From: a virus
Taxonomy: Duplodnaviria; Caudoviricetes
IMG/VR virus record: IMGVR_UViG_3300043414_000745
Location: 1-50,708 of that record
DNA length: 50,708 nt
Strand: one strand, 5' to 3'
The translations under genes and the position numbers were made by a program. Positions 35,741-44,423 of this stretch are shown piece by piece (the first letter of the stretch is position 1; each line of letters opens with the position of its first letter). The notes beneath the pieces were generated by a model. That model ran no database searches, was not told the DNA's origin, and saw nothing but the letters and a program-made list of their open reading frames with translations.

Positions 35741-35893
35741 ATGCAACGATTGTCAGACCGAATCTCCAAGAGAGATTCCGCTAGAAGCTCTGCTCTCTAT
35801 GCGGTTACGGCTAGGACAGACCTAACCAATAACCGTTTGAGATGTCAGGGCTTTTTTATTGCCCTGATAAATCAAACAAACCGAAAGAATACA

Positions 35894-37192
35894 ATGCCAG
35901 CAACATGGGATTTGCCACGCTCAAGTGGCCTTTGGAATCAGCAGGACATCGCCAACTACAACCGCCTTCCGATCTGGATGGCTATGCAGCAGACCAAGAA
36001 GATGCAGATGTGGTCGCGCTGGAAGGACATGTTTCCCAAGATCAAGTGGAAACAGAACATGGGTGACATCCTGCAAGGTGTGATCGCGGAGAACTCCCCG
36101 ATCGTCACGCAGGTGCATCGTCCTAAGAACATCACCGAGCTGCCGCTCAAGACCGTGGCGAGCACTTGGGAACGTACGAATCAGAGCCGCGTCAAGCGCC
36201 ACAACTTCGAGTCTCCTCAGTTCAACTTCCTCCCTTCGTTCCGCGACTTCCGCACGAAGCAGTTGAAGTTTGCCGCTGAAGATCTCTCGAAGCAGATCGC
36301 TGTCGGTTACGACTTCTTCACGCGTGACAACGTGTTCCAGAACTCGCCGTTCGTTTATGTCGTGGGTAATGCCACTGCTGGCGAGTTGCCTTTGATCAAC
36401 GCTCCGGCCGCTCTGCCGACCGATAGCAGCGCGATCAAAGACACCGCTTGGGTTGCTGCTCAGGCCGCGAAGATCGGATCTGACGAGAATGGTTTCTTGT
36501 CTTATCGACAGATTCAGGCCGTCGTTTCTTACGCCAAGAACTATCTGATGATTCCTCCTATGGAAGGCATTCAGACTTCGGCTCCGGCTGACGACGAAAT
36601 GATCAAGGGTAAGTACGTGTTGGTTGGCGGATCTGAGATCTATGAAGGTCTTGCGTTCGACGCTCACGTGCTGAACACTCGTCCGCTGGCGATGAACCTC
36701 CTGAATAGCTCCTTCCAGGGCGCTATCGGGCCGAACATCATCTTCCGCAGCGAGTTCTATCCTCTGCGTTTCACTGAGACCGGAACGATGCCGCCGCCTG
36801 AAATCGAGCTCGTGTTGCCCGACAGCGGTTACTCGACCACGAACGCTACTCGTCAGACTGTCGTCAATCCTGACTACGCTCGCGCCGCTATCGGTGTTGC
36901 GTTCTTGATTGGTTACAACCCCTACGAGCAGATCGACGTGGGACCGCCGCCCAGCGAGTTCACTGGCGCTGCCATCAACGGCAAGCGTTTCAACCAGCTC
37001 ACTTGGAATGGCGAAGTTCGCTTGACCGACAACGTGCTGGTGAACTACGGATCGAACAACCTCGATACCAACAAGTACGGTGAATTCTTGCAGCTGATCT
37101 CCGACACTGTGCTCGGTATCATCGGCAATACTCCTCGTAACGTCATTCCTATCATCTATCGCCGCCAGATCGCTCCTTCGCTTTTCGTGTAA
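35894..37192 (+). CDS. Major capsid protein
   Basis: 432 aa from MPATWDL; position after scaffold, own promoter, visibly C-ending codon bias; identified by synteny, not motif. Confidence 0.75.
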   Translation: MPATWDLPRSSGLWNQQDIANYNRLPIWMAMQQTKKMQMWSRWKDMFPKIKWKQNMGDILQGVIAENSPIVTQVHRPKNITELPLKTVASTWERTNQSRVKRHNFESPQFNFLPSFRDFRTKQLKFAAEDLSKQIAVGYDFFTRDNVFQNSPFVYVVGNATAGELPLINAPAALPTDSSAIKDTAWVAAQAAKIGSDENGFLSYRQIQAVVSYAKNYLMIPPMEGIQTSAPADDEMIKGKYVLVGGSEIYEGLAFDAHVLNTRPLAMNLLNSSFQGAIGPNIIFRSEFYPLRFTETGTMPPPEIELVLPDSGYSTTNATRQTVVNPDYARAAIGVAFLIGYNPYEQIDVGPPPSEFTGAAINGKRFNQLTWNGEVRLTDNVLVNYGSNNLDTNKYGEFLQLISDTVLGIIGNTPRNVIPIIYRRQIAPSLFV

Positions 37193-37224
37193 TCTAACGG
37201 CAACAACCCTAACTTATTAACAAA

Positions 37225-37722
37225 ATGAAGAACTTCGTTAAATATTTTGCTACGTTCCTCGCGATGGCTGGTTTGCTCGCGGCGGAAGTCGTCTCCGGTA
37301 CGTTCGCGTCCGGTATCACCTCGTTGTACACGAATGGCGTGTCGATCAGCAACATTCAGTTGACTGATACGAGCGCTGCTGCGAACACTGTTGTTGTCTA
37401 TGACAACGATTCTTCGACCAGCACCAATCGTGTCTATGCAGCCTACACCGGCGTTGTGCAGTACACCACGAACATCGTGATGTCCTTTACTAACTTCACC
37501 GGCGTGGCTCAGAGTTACACCAACACTGTGCTGAAGACTGACAACATTACTGTTGCTGCGGCTACCAATCAGGCTCGTCGTGTGTTTACGTTCCGGTTGC
37601 CCGCTAGCGGCACCGTTACCTTCACGCCGAACTATCCTGCCGGTACGACCTTTGGTCTGCAGCTAAGTGCGACTGGCGCTGGCGGTTATAACGCCAACGT
37701 CCAGCCGCTAGGCATTCAGTAA
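37225..37722 (+). CDS. Thr/Asn-rich beta protein with predicted signal peptide, co-transcribed with the capsid
   Basis: MKNFVKYFATFLAMAGLLAA|EVV; followed by the operon terminator. Confidence 0.75.
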   Translation: MKNFVKYFATFLAMAGLLAAEVVSGTFASGITSLYTNGVSISNIQLTDTSAAANTVVVYDNDSSTSTNRVYAAYTGVVQYTTNIVMSFTNFTGVAQSYTNTVLKTDNITVAAATNQARRVFTFRLPASGTVTFTPNYPAGTTFGLQLSATGAGGYNANVQPLGIQ

Positions 37723-37728
37723 AACAAC

Positions 37729-37758
37729 CAGCCCACTCGAAAGAGTGGGTTGCTTTTT
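37729..37758 (+). terminator. Intrinsic terminator after the capsid operon
   Basis: CAGCCCACTC GAAA GAGTGGGTTG CTTTTT. Confidence 0.88.
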
Positions 37759-37798
37759 GGAGTTATAACCTAACCCTAAAAAGCAGCCCAATCTATGA

Positions 37799-37815
37799 TT
37801 GGCAATTCGGCAGCT
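37799..37815 (+). promoter_or_regulatory. Sigma54-type promoter candidate for the tail fibre operon
   Basis: TTGGCAATTCGGCAGCT between the terminator and the ATG at 37828. Confidence 0.75.
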
Positions 37816-37827
37816 AAACTTTAACGT

Positions 37828-39114
37828 ATGTCTAATCTTTCAACTCTACCTAAAGGCGACTCAGCCTGGCTTCTTCGGAAAGCTATTGAGCGAATCATAG
37901 ATCAAGTCTCTGTTTTAGGGACTAACATCGGCGTCTCGACGTCGGGAAATAGTGCAAACACTCAGATCATTTTTAATGACGACGGTACTTTGCGGGGCGA
38001 TGCCGGTCTGACGTACAACAAGACGACCGATGCGCTGACCGTTGCCGGACTTGTTACCGCTGGCTCCGCCACCATCACCGGCGATCTGACGGTGGATACG
38101 AACGTGTTGAAGGTGGACAGCGCGAACAATCGGGTGGGTGTTCTGACCGCTTCACCTACTCATTCGTTGGATGTTCGCGGAATCATTAAGTCAAACGGTA
38201 CTTTCACCGCTTATATCAACCCGAGTTTTAGTGGTGCTGCTGCAATTCAGACAGAGAGTGCAGAGTCTTTGATTCTAGCTCCTTCTGGCCAAGAGTCTTT
38301 GCGGTGCGCTCCGTCCGGTGTTTATACATTCCTCGACGGCGCAGGCGGCACTCGAATGACCCTGAACTCCACGGGGTTGGGCGTGGGTATTGCTCCTCAA
38401 TCTGGAATGAGGCTCTCGGTCAGTGGAAACATTGGTTATATAGGTTCGAGTCGCGCAGATTTCCTGAACTCAGATAATACTCAAGCATACGGACTCCAAG
38501 CAACCGGAAGCGGTGGTAACGCATTACTTACATTTGTTCAGCTTGGTGTTGCAACGCGATTGACCCTCGATGCGTCAGGGAATTTGCTGTTGGGAACGAC
38601 GGGCGGACTTGTCTCCAGCATTTCTCGTTTGCGAGTTTCTGCTACAGGTGCTGCTGCGATTGACGCAAAAACCACAGTTGCAGGGGATGGTGTTATAGAC
38701 GCGTGGAACTCAGCGACTTCTGGTGATAATCAATTTATCCGTTTCTGGACGGAAGCCGCAGTTACCTCTAGAGGATCAATATCATACAATCGAGCAGGCG
38801 GTCTGGTTGCTTACAATGTTACCTCTGACTATCGTTCAAAGGACATCATCGGACCTGTTTCCAACAGCGGTTCGCTGATTGATTCGTTGAAGGTCTATTT
38901 CGGAAAAATGCACGGCGCGACGATTGAGCGTCCGATGCTCATTGCCCACGAAGCGCAAGAGGTTGCTCCTTACGCTGTCACCGGACTGAAGGACGAAGTC
39001 GATGCCGATGGCAAAGACAAGTACCAGCAAATGGATGTCTCTTCGTTTGTCCCTCTGTTGATTGCCGAAATCCAATCGCTCCGCACCCGCGTCCAAACCC
39101 TCGAAGCCCGCTAA
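37828..39114 (+). CDS. Tail fibre with C-terminal peptidase S74 intramolecular chaperone
   Basis: Fibre repeats (NNRVGV, RLTLDASGNLLLGTT); TSDYRSKDI...LIAHEAQEVAPYAV...VPLLIAEIQSL. Confidence 0.9.
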   Translation: MSNLSTLPKGDSAWLLRKAIERIIDQVSVLGTNIGVSTSGNSANTQIIFNDDGTLRGDAGLTYNKTTDALTVAGLVTAGSATITGDLTVDTNVLKVDSANNRVGVLTASPTHSLDVRGIIKSNGTFTAYINPSFSGAAAIQTESAESLILAPSGQESLRCAPSGVYTFLDGAGGTRMTLNSTGLGVGIAPQSGMRLSVSGNIGYIGSSRADFLNSDNTQAYGLQATGSGGNALLTFVQLGVATRLTLDASGNLLLGTTGGLVSSISRLRVSATGAAAIDAKTTVAGDGVIDAWNSATSGDNQFIRFWTEAAVTSRGSISYNRAGGLVAYNVTSDYRSKDIIGPVSNSGSLIDSLKVYFGKMHGATIERPMLIAHEAQEVAPYAVTGLKDEVDADGKDKYQQMDVSSFVPLLIAEIQSLRTRVQTLEAR

Positions 39115-39117
39115 TTT

Positions 39118-39558
39118 ATGACCATTTCTTGGCTCATCGAACGCCTTCTCGTTAAACCCGCAGAAGGCACTCTCACCGATGTCGTAATCACCGCCGACTG
39201 GCGTTGCAACGGCTCGCAGGATCAATACAGCGGCACTTGCTACGGCTCCTGCTCATTCGCTCCGCCGAGTGGCGACTTCACGCCATATCCTGACCTCACG
39301 CAGGAACAGGTGCTTGGTTGGTGCTACGCCAATGGAGTCGATAAGACCGCTATCGAAGCGAACGTCACCGCGCAGATCGAAGCGCAGATCAATCCTCCGG
39401 TGGTTGCTCCTCCGTTGCCGTGGATTGAAGCTGTTCCTCCTCTGGTTGAACAACGCATCCCACAACTCCGCGACGAACAAATCGTCGATCCCTTCATTCT
39501 TCCTACCAGCGACGTTCCGCCGAGCGTCGATGGCATGACCAATACAATCCTCGGCTAA
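39118..39558 (+). CDS. Tail-fibre-associated protein
   Basis: VVITADW...FTPYPDLTQEQVLGW...INPP...LPW pattern, typical downstream of fibres. Confidence 0.7.
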   Translation: MTISWLIERLLVKPAEGTLTDVVITADWRCNGSQDQYSGTCYGSCSFAPPSGDFTPYPDLTQEQVLGWCYANGVDKTAIEANVTAQIEAQINPPVVAPPLPWIEAVPPLVEQRIPQLRDEQIVDPFILPTSDVPPSVDGMTNTILG

Positions 39559-39578
39559 ACAACAAACACATCCCCACA

Positions 39579-39755
39579 ATGATCAAACTCGAACTGACTC
39601 CTGAAGAAACCAACGGCGTGCTGCAATTGATCGATATCGCCATTAAAGCTGGCGGTATCGCTAACGCTAAAGTTGGACTGCCTATCTTTGACAAGATCAT
39701 GGCGGCCGCTCAAGCGTCAGGTGCTCCTCAGCCCGTCGAAACTTCTCAGGAGTAA
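39579..39755 (+). CDS. Small hypothetical protein, 58 aa (not in ORF track)
   Basis: MIKLELTPEETNGVLQLIDIAIKAGG...; followed by a terminator. Confidence 0.7.
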   Translation: MIKLELTPEETNGVLQLIDIAIKAGGIANAKVGLPIFDKIMAAAQASGAPQPVETSQE

Positions 39756-39759
39756 AATA

Positions 39760-39793
39760 AAGGGCTAGGTATCTAAGGTATCTAGCCCTTTTT
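39760..39793 (+). terminator. Intrinsic terminator
   Basis: AAGGGCTAGGTA...TATCTAGCCCTT TTT. Confidence 0.8.
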
Positions 39794-39802
39794 ACTTTCT
39801 TG

Positions 39803-39973
39803 ATGAATAACACAAACACCACGGAAGCATCAGTAGGCGCTACAGTCGGAATAGTTGGCGCCACCATAAATCATCTTCAACTTCTCGGAGAGATTGCATC
39901 ACCGCTTGCGGCAATCTTTGCAGCCATAACTTCTGGAATCATTCTTTATCGTGTTATTCGTAGTAAGAAATGA
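39803..39973 (+). CDS. Small membrane protein, holin-like (not in ORF track)
   Basis: 56 aa, two hydrophobic stretches, basic RSKK end; ATGA overlap. Confidence 0.6.
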   Translation: MNNTNTTEASVGATVGIVGATINHLQLLGEIASPLAAIFAAITSGIILYRVIRSKK

Positions 39974-40218
39974 AAACACTTATAGAATTTCTAGGTAAAT
40001 TCTTTCAAAATAATGGGCATCTTCGGGGTGCCCTTTATTTCTCAATCGCAGCATTGACTCCAATGGCTGCGTCTTTTGTAGAATGGGCCGCTCAAGATGG
40101 CCCGAAGAATTGGTATGAAGTTATCGCGCTTGCGTTTGGTTCGCTAATCAGCGGCCTTACGGCAGTGCGTGCATATCTCGACACACACCTCACTAACGGA
40201 ACAAACACAAATGAATAA
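39970..40218 (+). CDS. Membrane protein, holin-like
   Basis: Two predicted transmembrane segments. Confidence 0.6.
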   Translation: MKTLIEFLGKFFQNNGHLRGALYFSIAALTPMAASFVEWAAQDGPKNWYEVIALAFGSLISGLTAVRAYLDTHLTNGTNTNE

Positions 40219-40390
40219 CCGCAAAACTACTCTCGCTGGAATCGGTGCTATCCTTGTGGCTGTCGGAGCCGCTTTGAAAGCCGTGTTCGATGGCGATCCC
40301 TCTACGACTTTCGACATCACCTCAACCGTGACCGCCATTAGCGCGGGCATTGGATTGATCCTCGCAAAGGATGCGTCTACTAAAGAATGA
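40211..40390 (+). CDS. Putative holin
   Basis: NRKTTLAG...two TM segments...GIGLILAKD. Confidence 0.65.
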   Translation: MNNRKTTLAGIGAILVAVGAALKAVFDGDPSTTFDITSTVTAISAGIGLILAKDASTKE

Positions 40391-40647
40391 GCTTTCTCTC
40401 AGATCTCGTCATGAAAATTCTGCGCTGGTTCTATGAACTGTCGCAGAAAGATCTCACCTCACAAGATGCAAAAAAGGATGACAAACTTAAGCAGAATCTG
40501 CTCGATCGCGTTGACGCTTATGAGCGCGAGTTGCTCGTCGAGAGTGATCTACGTGCCAAGTGGACAGCCAATGAGGTTAGCAGAGCCGACAAAAGCCCAC
40601 GTGTGGACTTTAGATTCAAGCGGCCAAGCGATCAAATCAAAAAATAA
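40387..40647 (+). CDS. Putative i-spanin (Rz-like)
   Basis: Weakly hydrophobic N-terminus then charged helix; overlaps a lipoprotein ORF. Confidence 0.45.
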   Translation: MSFLSDLVMKILRWFYELSQKDLTSQDAKKDDKLKQNLLDRVDAYERELLVESDLRAKWTANEVSRADKSPRVDFRFKRPSDQIKK

Positions 40648-40690
40648 AGTACTCATCCAAGAAGGATGGTATGTTCTACCTAAAGAATAA
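40478..40690 (+). CDS. Putative o-spanin lipoprotein (Rz1-like)
   Basis: ICSIALTLMSASC lipobox-like signal in a different frame, overlapping the previous ORF. Confidence 0.55.
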   Translation: MTNLSRICSIALTLMSASCSSRVIYVPSGQPMRLAEPTKAHVWTLDSSGQAIKSKNKVLIQEGWYVLPKE

Positions 40691-40692
40691 CT

Positions 40693-40935
40693 ATGGAATA
40701 TAGAGGCGAGAAATTCTCTGGTTATAATAAACCAAAGAGCACGCCGGGAGCTTCTAAGAAGTCTGCTGTGCTTGCAAAAGAAGGGAACGTCGTAAAGCTT
40801 GTGCGCTTTGGCGATCCTAACATGAGCATTAAGAAACATATTCCTGAACGCAAAGCTTCTTTCCGTGCGCGACATAACTGTGCAGAGCCTGGAACAAAGC
40901 TAAGTGCAAAGTATTGGAGCTGCAAAGCTTGGTAG
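40693..40935 (+). CDS. Conserved basic phage protein (DUF6321-like)
   Basis: GYNKPK.TP...KK.AVLAK...VRFGDPNM...RKASFRARH.C...SAKYWSCKAW. Confidence 0.75.
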   Translation: MEYRGEKFSGYNKPKSTPGASKKSAVLAKEGNVVKLVRFGDPNMSIKKHIPERKASFRARHNCAEPGTKLSAKYWSCKAW

Positions 40936-40937
40936 TT

Positions 40938-40954
40938 TTGGCCGCGTCTTTGCT
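40938..40954 (+). promoter_or_regulatory. Sigma54-type promoter candidate (canonical TTGC -12)
   Basis: TTGGCCGCGTCTTTGCT, starting 3 nt after the upstream stop codon. Confidence 0.75.
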
Positions 40955-40964
40955 TTCTCGCAGT

Positions 40965-41588
40965 GTGACTTTTAATATATTCACAAAATTACATAACATA
41001 GAGCTTCTTAACAAAGCCATAGAAAATATCCCTTTGGATATTCATGTGCGCATTTGGCCTAAGATATCTATAGACCCCACAAAACTTTGCAGACCTTGCG
41101 AAGTTTTTTTAATGCCCGAATTGTACCTCACTTGGCCGCAGAACATGCGCGCTGTGATGCACAAAGCTCGCGAAGAAGGTGAAGAATGGGTTGGACATTG
41201 TCATGACGACTGCGCCATCTCGACAGAAGATCTGTTGAAGATGATAGACGCGACAAAAACTGCGCCGCCTAACACTTACGTTATCTTATCACATCATCCT
41301 ACCATACCTGAATATTGCGCACAGGTTTATGTTTTGATAAACACTAAGAAATATTGGGAAGCGGGCGGTCATGACCCAGAAATTACGCTTTACTGGGGTG
41401 ACGTAGATTTTAACATTCGACAAGCAGCTATAGGCAATCATCAGTTTGCTGTCGTAACTCCTTCAGTATATCACGAAGGCTCTGCCACATTAAAACGCGG
41501 CACAGACCTACATAAAGCTAAGCACGAGCTTTATTTTTACGCAGATAAAGCTCATTGCCAGCTCAAACATCCTTCAGTTAAATTTTAA
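40965..41588 (+). CDS. Glycosyltransferase, GT2-like (GTG start inferred)
   Basis: HCHDDC and WEAGGHD...YWGDVDF..R...VYHEGS. Confidence 0.75.
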   Translation: MTFNIFTKLHNIELLNKAIENIPLDIHVRIWPKISIDPTKLCRPCEVFLMPELYLTWPQNMRAVMHKAREEGEEWVGHCHDDCAISTEDLLKMIDATKTAPPNTYVILSHHPTIPEYCAQVYVLINTKKYWEAGGHDPEITLYWGDVDFNIRQAAIGNHQFAVVTPSVYHEGSATLKRGTDLHKAKHELYFYADKAHCQLKHPSVKF

Positions 41589-41593
41589 TCCTT

Positions 41594-42517
41594 ATGCGAA
41601 TCTACTCCCCTTCGCTCGATCCCATGAACTCCTTCGGCAGAGTCGCCTACAGTTTTGCCGAATGCGTCAAACGCCTTGGTCATAAACCAGAACTTTCCTC
41701 AAATAGAGAAGGTAAATACTTTGTAGAGATCGGCGGCCCTGCGTCGTCGATTGATGCAGACTATTGTCTCTGTTTTTGGGAAACAACTAAACTAAGGCCG
41801 CGAGATATTGAAATCATCAAGACCTTTCCGCAACGTAAGATCGTAGTTACTTGCGACGATACAGCAAAGATTTTTCAGAATGAAAACTTTACTGTTGACA
41901 AGATTATCCTCGCGTCGGAATATAATCCATTACCGCTTCCGCCTCTTACTCCTTTTACTTTCTACACAATCTATCAAGACTGTACGTTTTTTGAACGCAA
42001 GCGTGCGCAAGATATCGTAGATGCGTTTCCTCGCGCATTTCCCCACGAAGATGACGTGAGGTTGATAATGAAACAAGGCATCACATGCACGTATCTTAAG
42101 GTGTATGATAGCCGTATTAAGGTAATTCGTGAAGCCCAGTCTGACGTTAGTTATCTGCATCGCGAGAATCACGTGTTTGTGTCGGCATGCGGCGCTGAAG
42201 GCTGGGGTTATCCGCATCATGATGCTATCTCGCACGGACGACCTGTGATCTGTCCGGCGTTAGGTGGGCCGCTTGAATTTCTCGATAACACCTGTGCGTG
42301 GCTTTTGCCCGTCGAAATGATGCGTGCGCCCGGACACATTTACGAACACATAGGAGAGATAGGCAAAATAAATGTTAATGATCTTGCGTACGCTATGCGT
42401 TACGCCTACTATAACAAGCATGACGTGATGGAAAAAGCCACTGGGGCGTTCATCAAGGCGCGAAATTTCACACTCGATCAAATGACTGTGTCAGTAAAGA
42501 AAGCTTTCAATCTTTAA
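41594..42517 (+). CDS. Glycosyltransferase, GT4/GT-B-like
   Basis: FWETT, RKRAQDIVDAF, FVSAC.AEGWGYPHHDAISHGRPVI..GGPLEF. Confidence 0.85.
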   Translation: MRIYSPSLDPMNSFGRVAYSFAECVKRLGHKPELSSNREGKYFVEIGGPASSIDADYCLCFWETTKLRPRDIEIIKTFPQRKIVVTCDDTAKIFQNENFTVDKIILASEYNPLPLPPLTPFTFYTIYQDCTFFERKRAQDIVDAFPRAFPHEDDVRLIMKQGITCTYLKVYDSRIKVIREAQSDVSYLHRENHVFVSACGAEGWGYPHHDAISHGRPVICPALGGPLEFLDNTCAWLLPVEMMRAPGHIYEHIGEIGKINVNDLAYAMRYAYYNKHDVMEKATGAFIKARNFTLDQMTVSVKKAFNL

Positions 42518-42520
42518 TTT

Positions 42521-44365
42521 ATGGCAAAAGCAAGTGATTATGGAGCCATTGCTGATGGCTCTACTAATTGTGCCCGAGCGATCAACCTATGTCTCCAAGA
42601 GACTGGGGTTGTAGAGTTCGACGAAGGCGCATACGTGATCGGCGGCATTGGGATAACTAATCCCCTTGACGCGTCGATCTATTGGGGCTATCCTGCAAAG
42701 TATCTGCGCGGGATCAAGCTTATCGGAAAAGGCAAAGGCAAGACGATCATTAAGTTCGCCGCGACAACTGGAACTCATAGCGTTCTTCCTTATGGCTCTA
42801 ACATCTTCATGGTCAACACCTATAGCTATATCGGCGACGATCAGTCGTTTGATGCAGGTGATTGTGTGATCACAGGAATCACGTTCGATGGTAACTATGA
42901 CGAGAATTGGGATCCTGTTAATCCTTATTTCAAAACCGTCTGTGGCGTTCGCTTGATCGGTTCGAATAACCTGATCGAAAATTGCGAGTTCAAAGGCTTT
43001 GGTGTGGGCGTTGCAAACGCTGAGGCCTTTGCGCTACAGAGCTATCTGCCCAATACGGCCGCCGACAACACACAGGGCGCGATTGTTCGGAATTGCTCCT
43101 TCAATACGCCCGGCGCAAACAGTCGCACTGTCGCAACCTACATCGAAGCAAACACCTCGATCGCCGTGGGCGGGAATGGTATCGGAGGTAAGTATGCGAC
43201 CGGAGTTGTGATCGAAGGCTGTGACTTCACCAACAACCCCTTCAACACCAATCAGCGATCTCCGCTTCACGGCATTTCTCCCGTGGCCACGCGCGGATGT
43301 GTTGTGCGCAACAATACCTTCACGAACTATCAAGGTCAACACATCTATGTTGATAGCTATAAGAACTTTAACCTCATAATCAAAGACAACAGCGCGACAC
43401 TCTGTCCGCAGTTTATCTCTTTCGTCGTGCAGAATTGGCCGCGTGCGACAGGCCTTCCGTCTTATGCTCCGTTGATTGCGTCTTTCGTAGACGTGACGAT
43501 TGAGAATAACACGGTCGGTCTCGCGGGCCCGAATAGTTGGTACTACAACTTCAATCTGCCGCCGCTTACTGCGCTGTTCTTCCTCTATCAGTATGACCGA
43601 GACGTGACGGATCTCTATAATCCAACCGTCATTCCCGGCTTTAAGAACGTCAATCTTCAAGGCAATACTGTAACGAACTCCAACGGGAGTGACATCGTCT
43701 ACAACAACGGTGGCTATTGGCCAGCGTCAGGCTCATATGCTAACGGCGCTCCGAGCGGCCCTGTGCCTCCTATCACAGACATTCGCGTCATTGCGCTACC
43801 TACACCTCCAGCCGCAGCTCGCAGCTGGGACTTTAAACCCGCAGTGCTACAACCCGCAAAGAGTGCGAAGCCTGTCATTTTGAACAGGTTGGTGTACAAA
43901 AGTCTTACAGTGGCTGGGTTTACGCAAAACCTAGAAGCTTGGGCAGGCGCATCACGCATCTTTGCAGTGCAGAATATCTCAATACCCAATCAGAACTTCT
44001 GCATTCGTCTCGGTCAGGACATAAAAGTTCCGACTTATGTCATGACGGTCAAGTGGGTATCACAGGGTTTCGTAAAACGCTATAAGCTTTGGACTAATGG
44101 CTACGAAGTCTTGAGCTATCCGCTCTATAGCGGCGAAATCATCCCCGGCGAAGGTGCCCAGTTTGAATACTGGACCACTTCTTTCGCGACGAGGGCTTTC
44201 TCTGAGGAGTTTGATCTAGAAACGGATATCTTAGAGAAGCCAGATGACTGCTGTGACGAGCTTGGTACCGCGCTTGCGAACGGTATTTGTCAAATCGGAG
44301 CGTTGCCGAATCCATATCCGACAGTTTATCCGGTTGACAACTTCTACGTGTGTCCAGTGGATTAA
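42521..44365 (+). CDS. Pectate-lyase-like right-handed beta-helix protein (tailspike/depolymerase candidate)
   Basis: DYGAIADG.TN..RAI, ITGITFDGN, repeated IENC.F / VRNC.F / VRNNTF rungs. Confidence 0.8.
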   Translation: MAKASDYGAIADGSTNCARAINLCLQETGVVEFDEGAYVIGGIGITNPLDASIYWGYPAKYLRGIKLIGKGKGKTIIKFAATTGTHSVLPYGSNIFMVNTYSYIGDDQSFDAGDCVITGITFDGNYDENWDPVNPYFKTVCGVRLIGSNNLIENCEFKGFGVGVANAEAFALQSYLPNTAADNTQGAIVRNCSFNTPGANSRTVATYIEANTSIAVGGNGIGGKYATGVVIEGCDFTNNPFNTNQRSPLHGISPVATRGCVVRNNTFTNYQGQHIYVDSYKNFNLIIKDNSATLCPQFISFVVQNWPRATGLPSYAPLIASFVDVTIENNTVGLAGPNSWYYNFNLPPLTALFFLYQYDRDVTDLYNPTVIPGFKNVNLQGNTVTNSNGSDIVYNNGGYWPASGSYANGAPSGPVPPITDIRVIALPTPPAAARSWDFKPAVLQPAKSAKPVILNRLVYKSLTVAGFTQNLEAWAGASRIFAVQNISIPNQNFCIRLGQDIKVPTYVMTVKWVSQGFVKRYKLWTNGYEVLSYPLYSGEIIPGEGAQFEYWTTSFATRAFSEEFDLETDILEKPDDCCDELGTALANGICQIGALPNPYPTVYPVDNFYVCPVD

Positions 44366-44382
44366 AAATCCCAATCAACCCT

Positions 44383-44418
44383 AAGGGTTATCTCTCTTCT
44401 GAGGGGTAACCCTTTTTT
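44383..44418 (+). terminator. Intrinsic terminator/attenuator
   Basis: AAGGGTTATCTCTC ttct GAGGGGTAACCCTT TTTT. Confidence 0.8.
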
Positions 44419-44423
44419 ACTTT

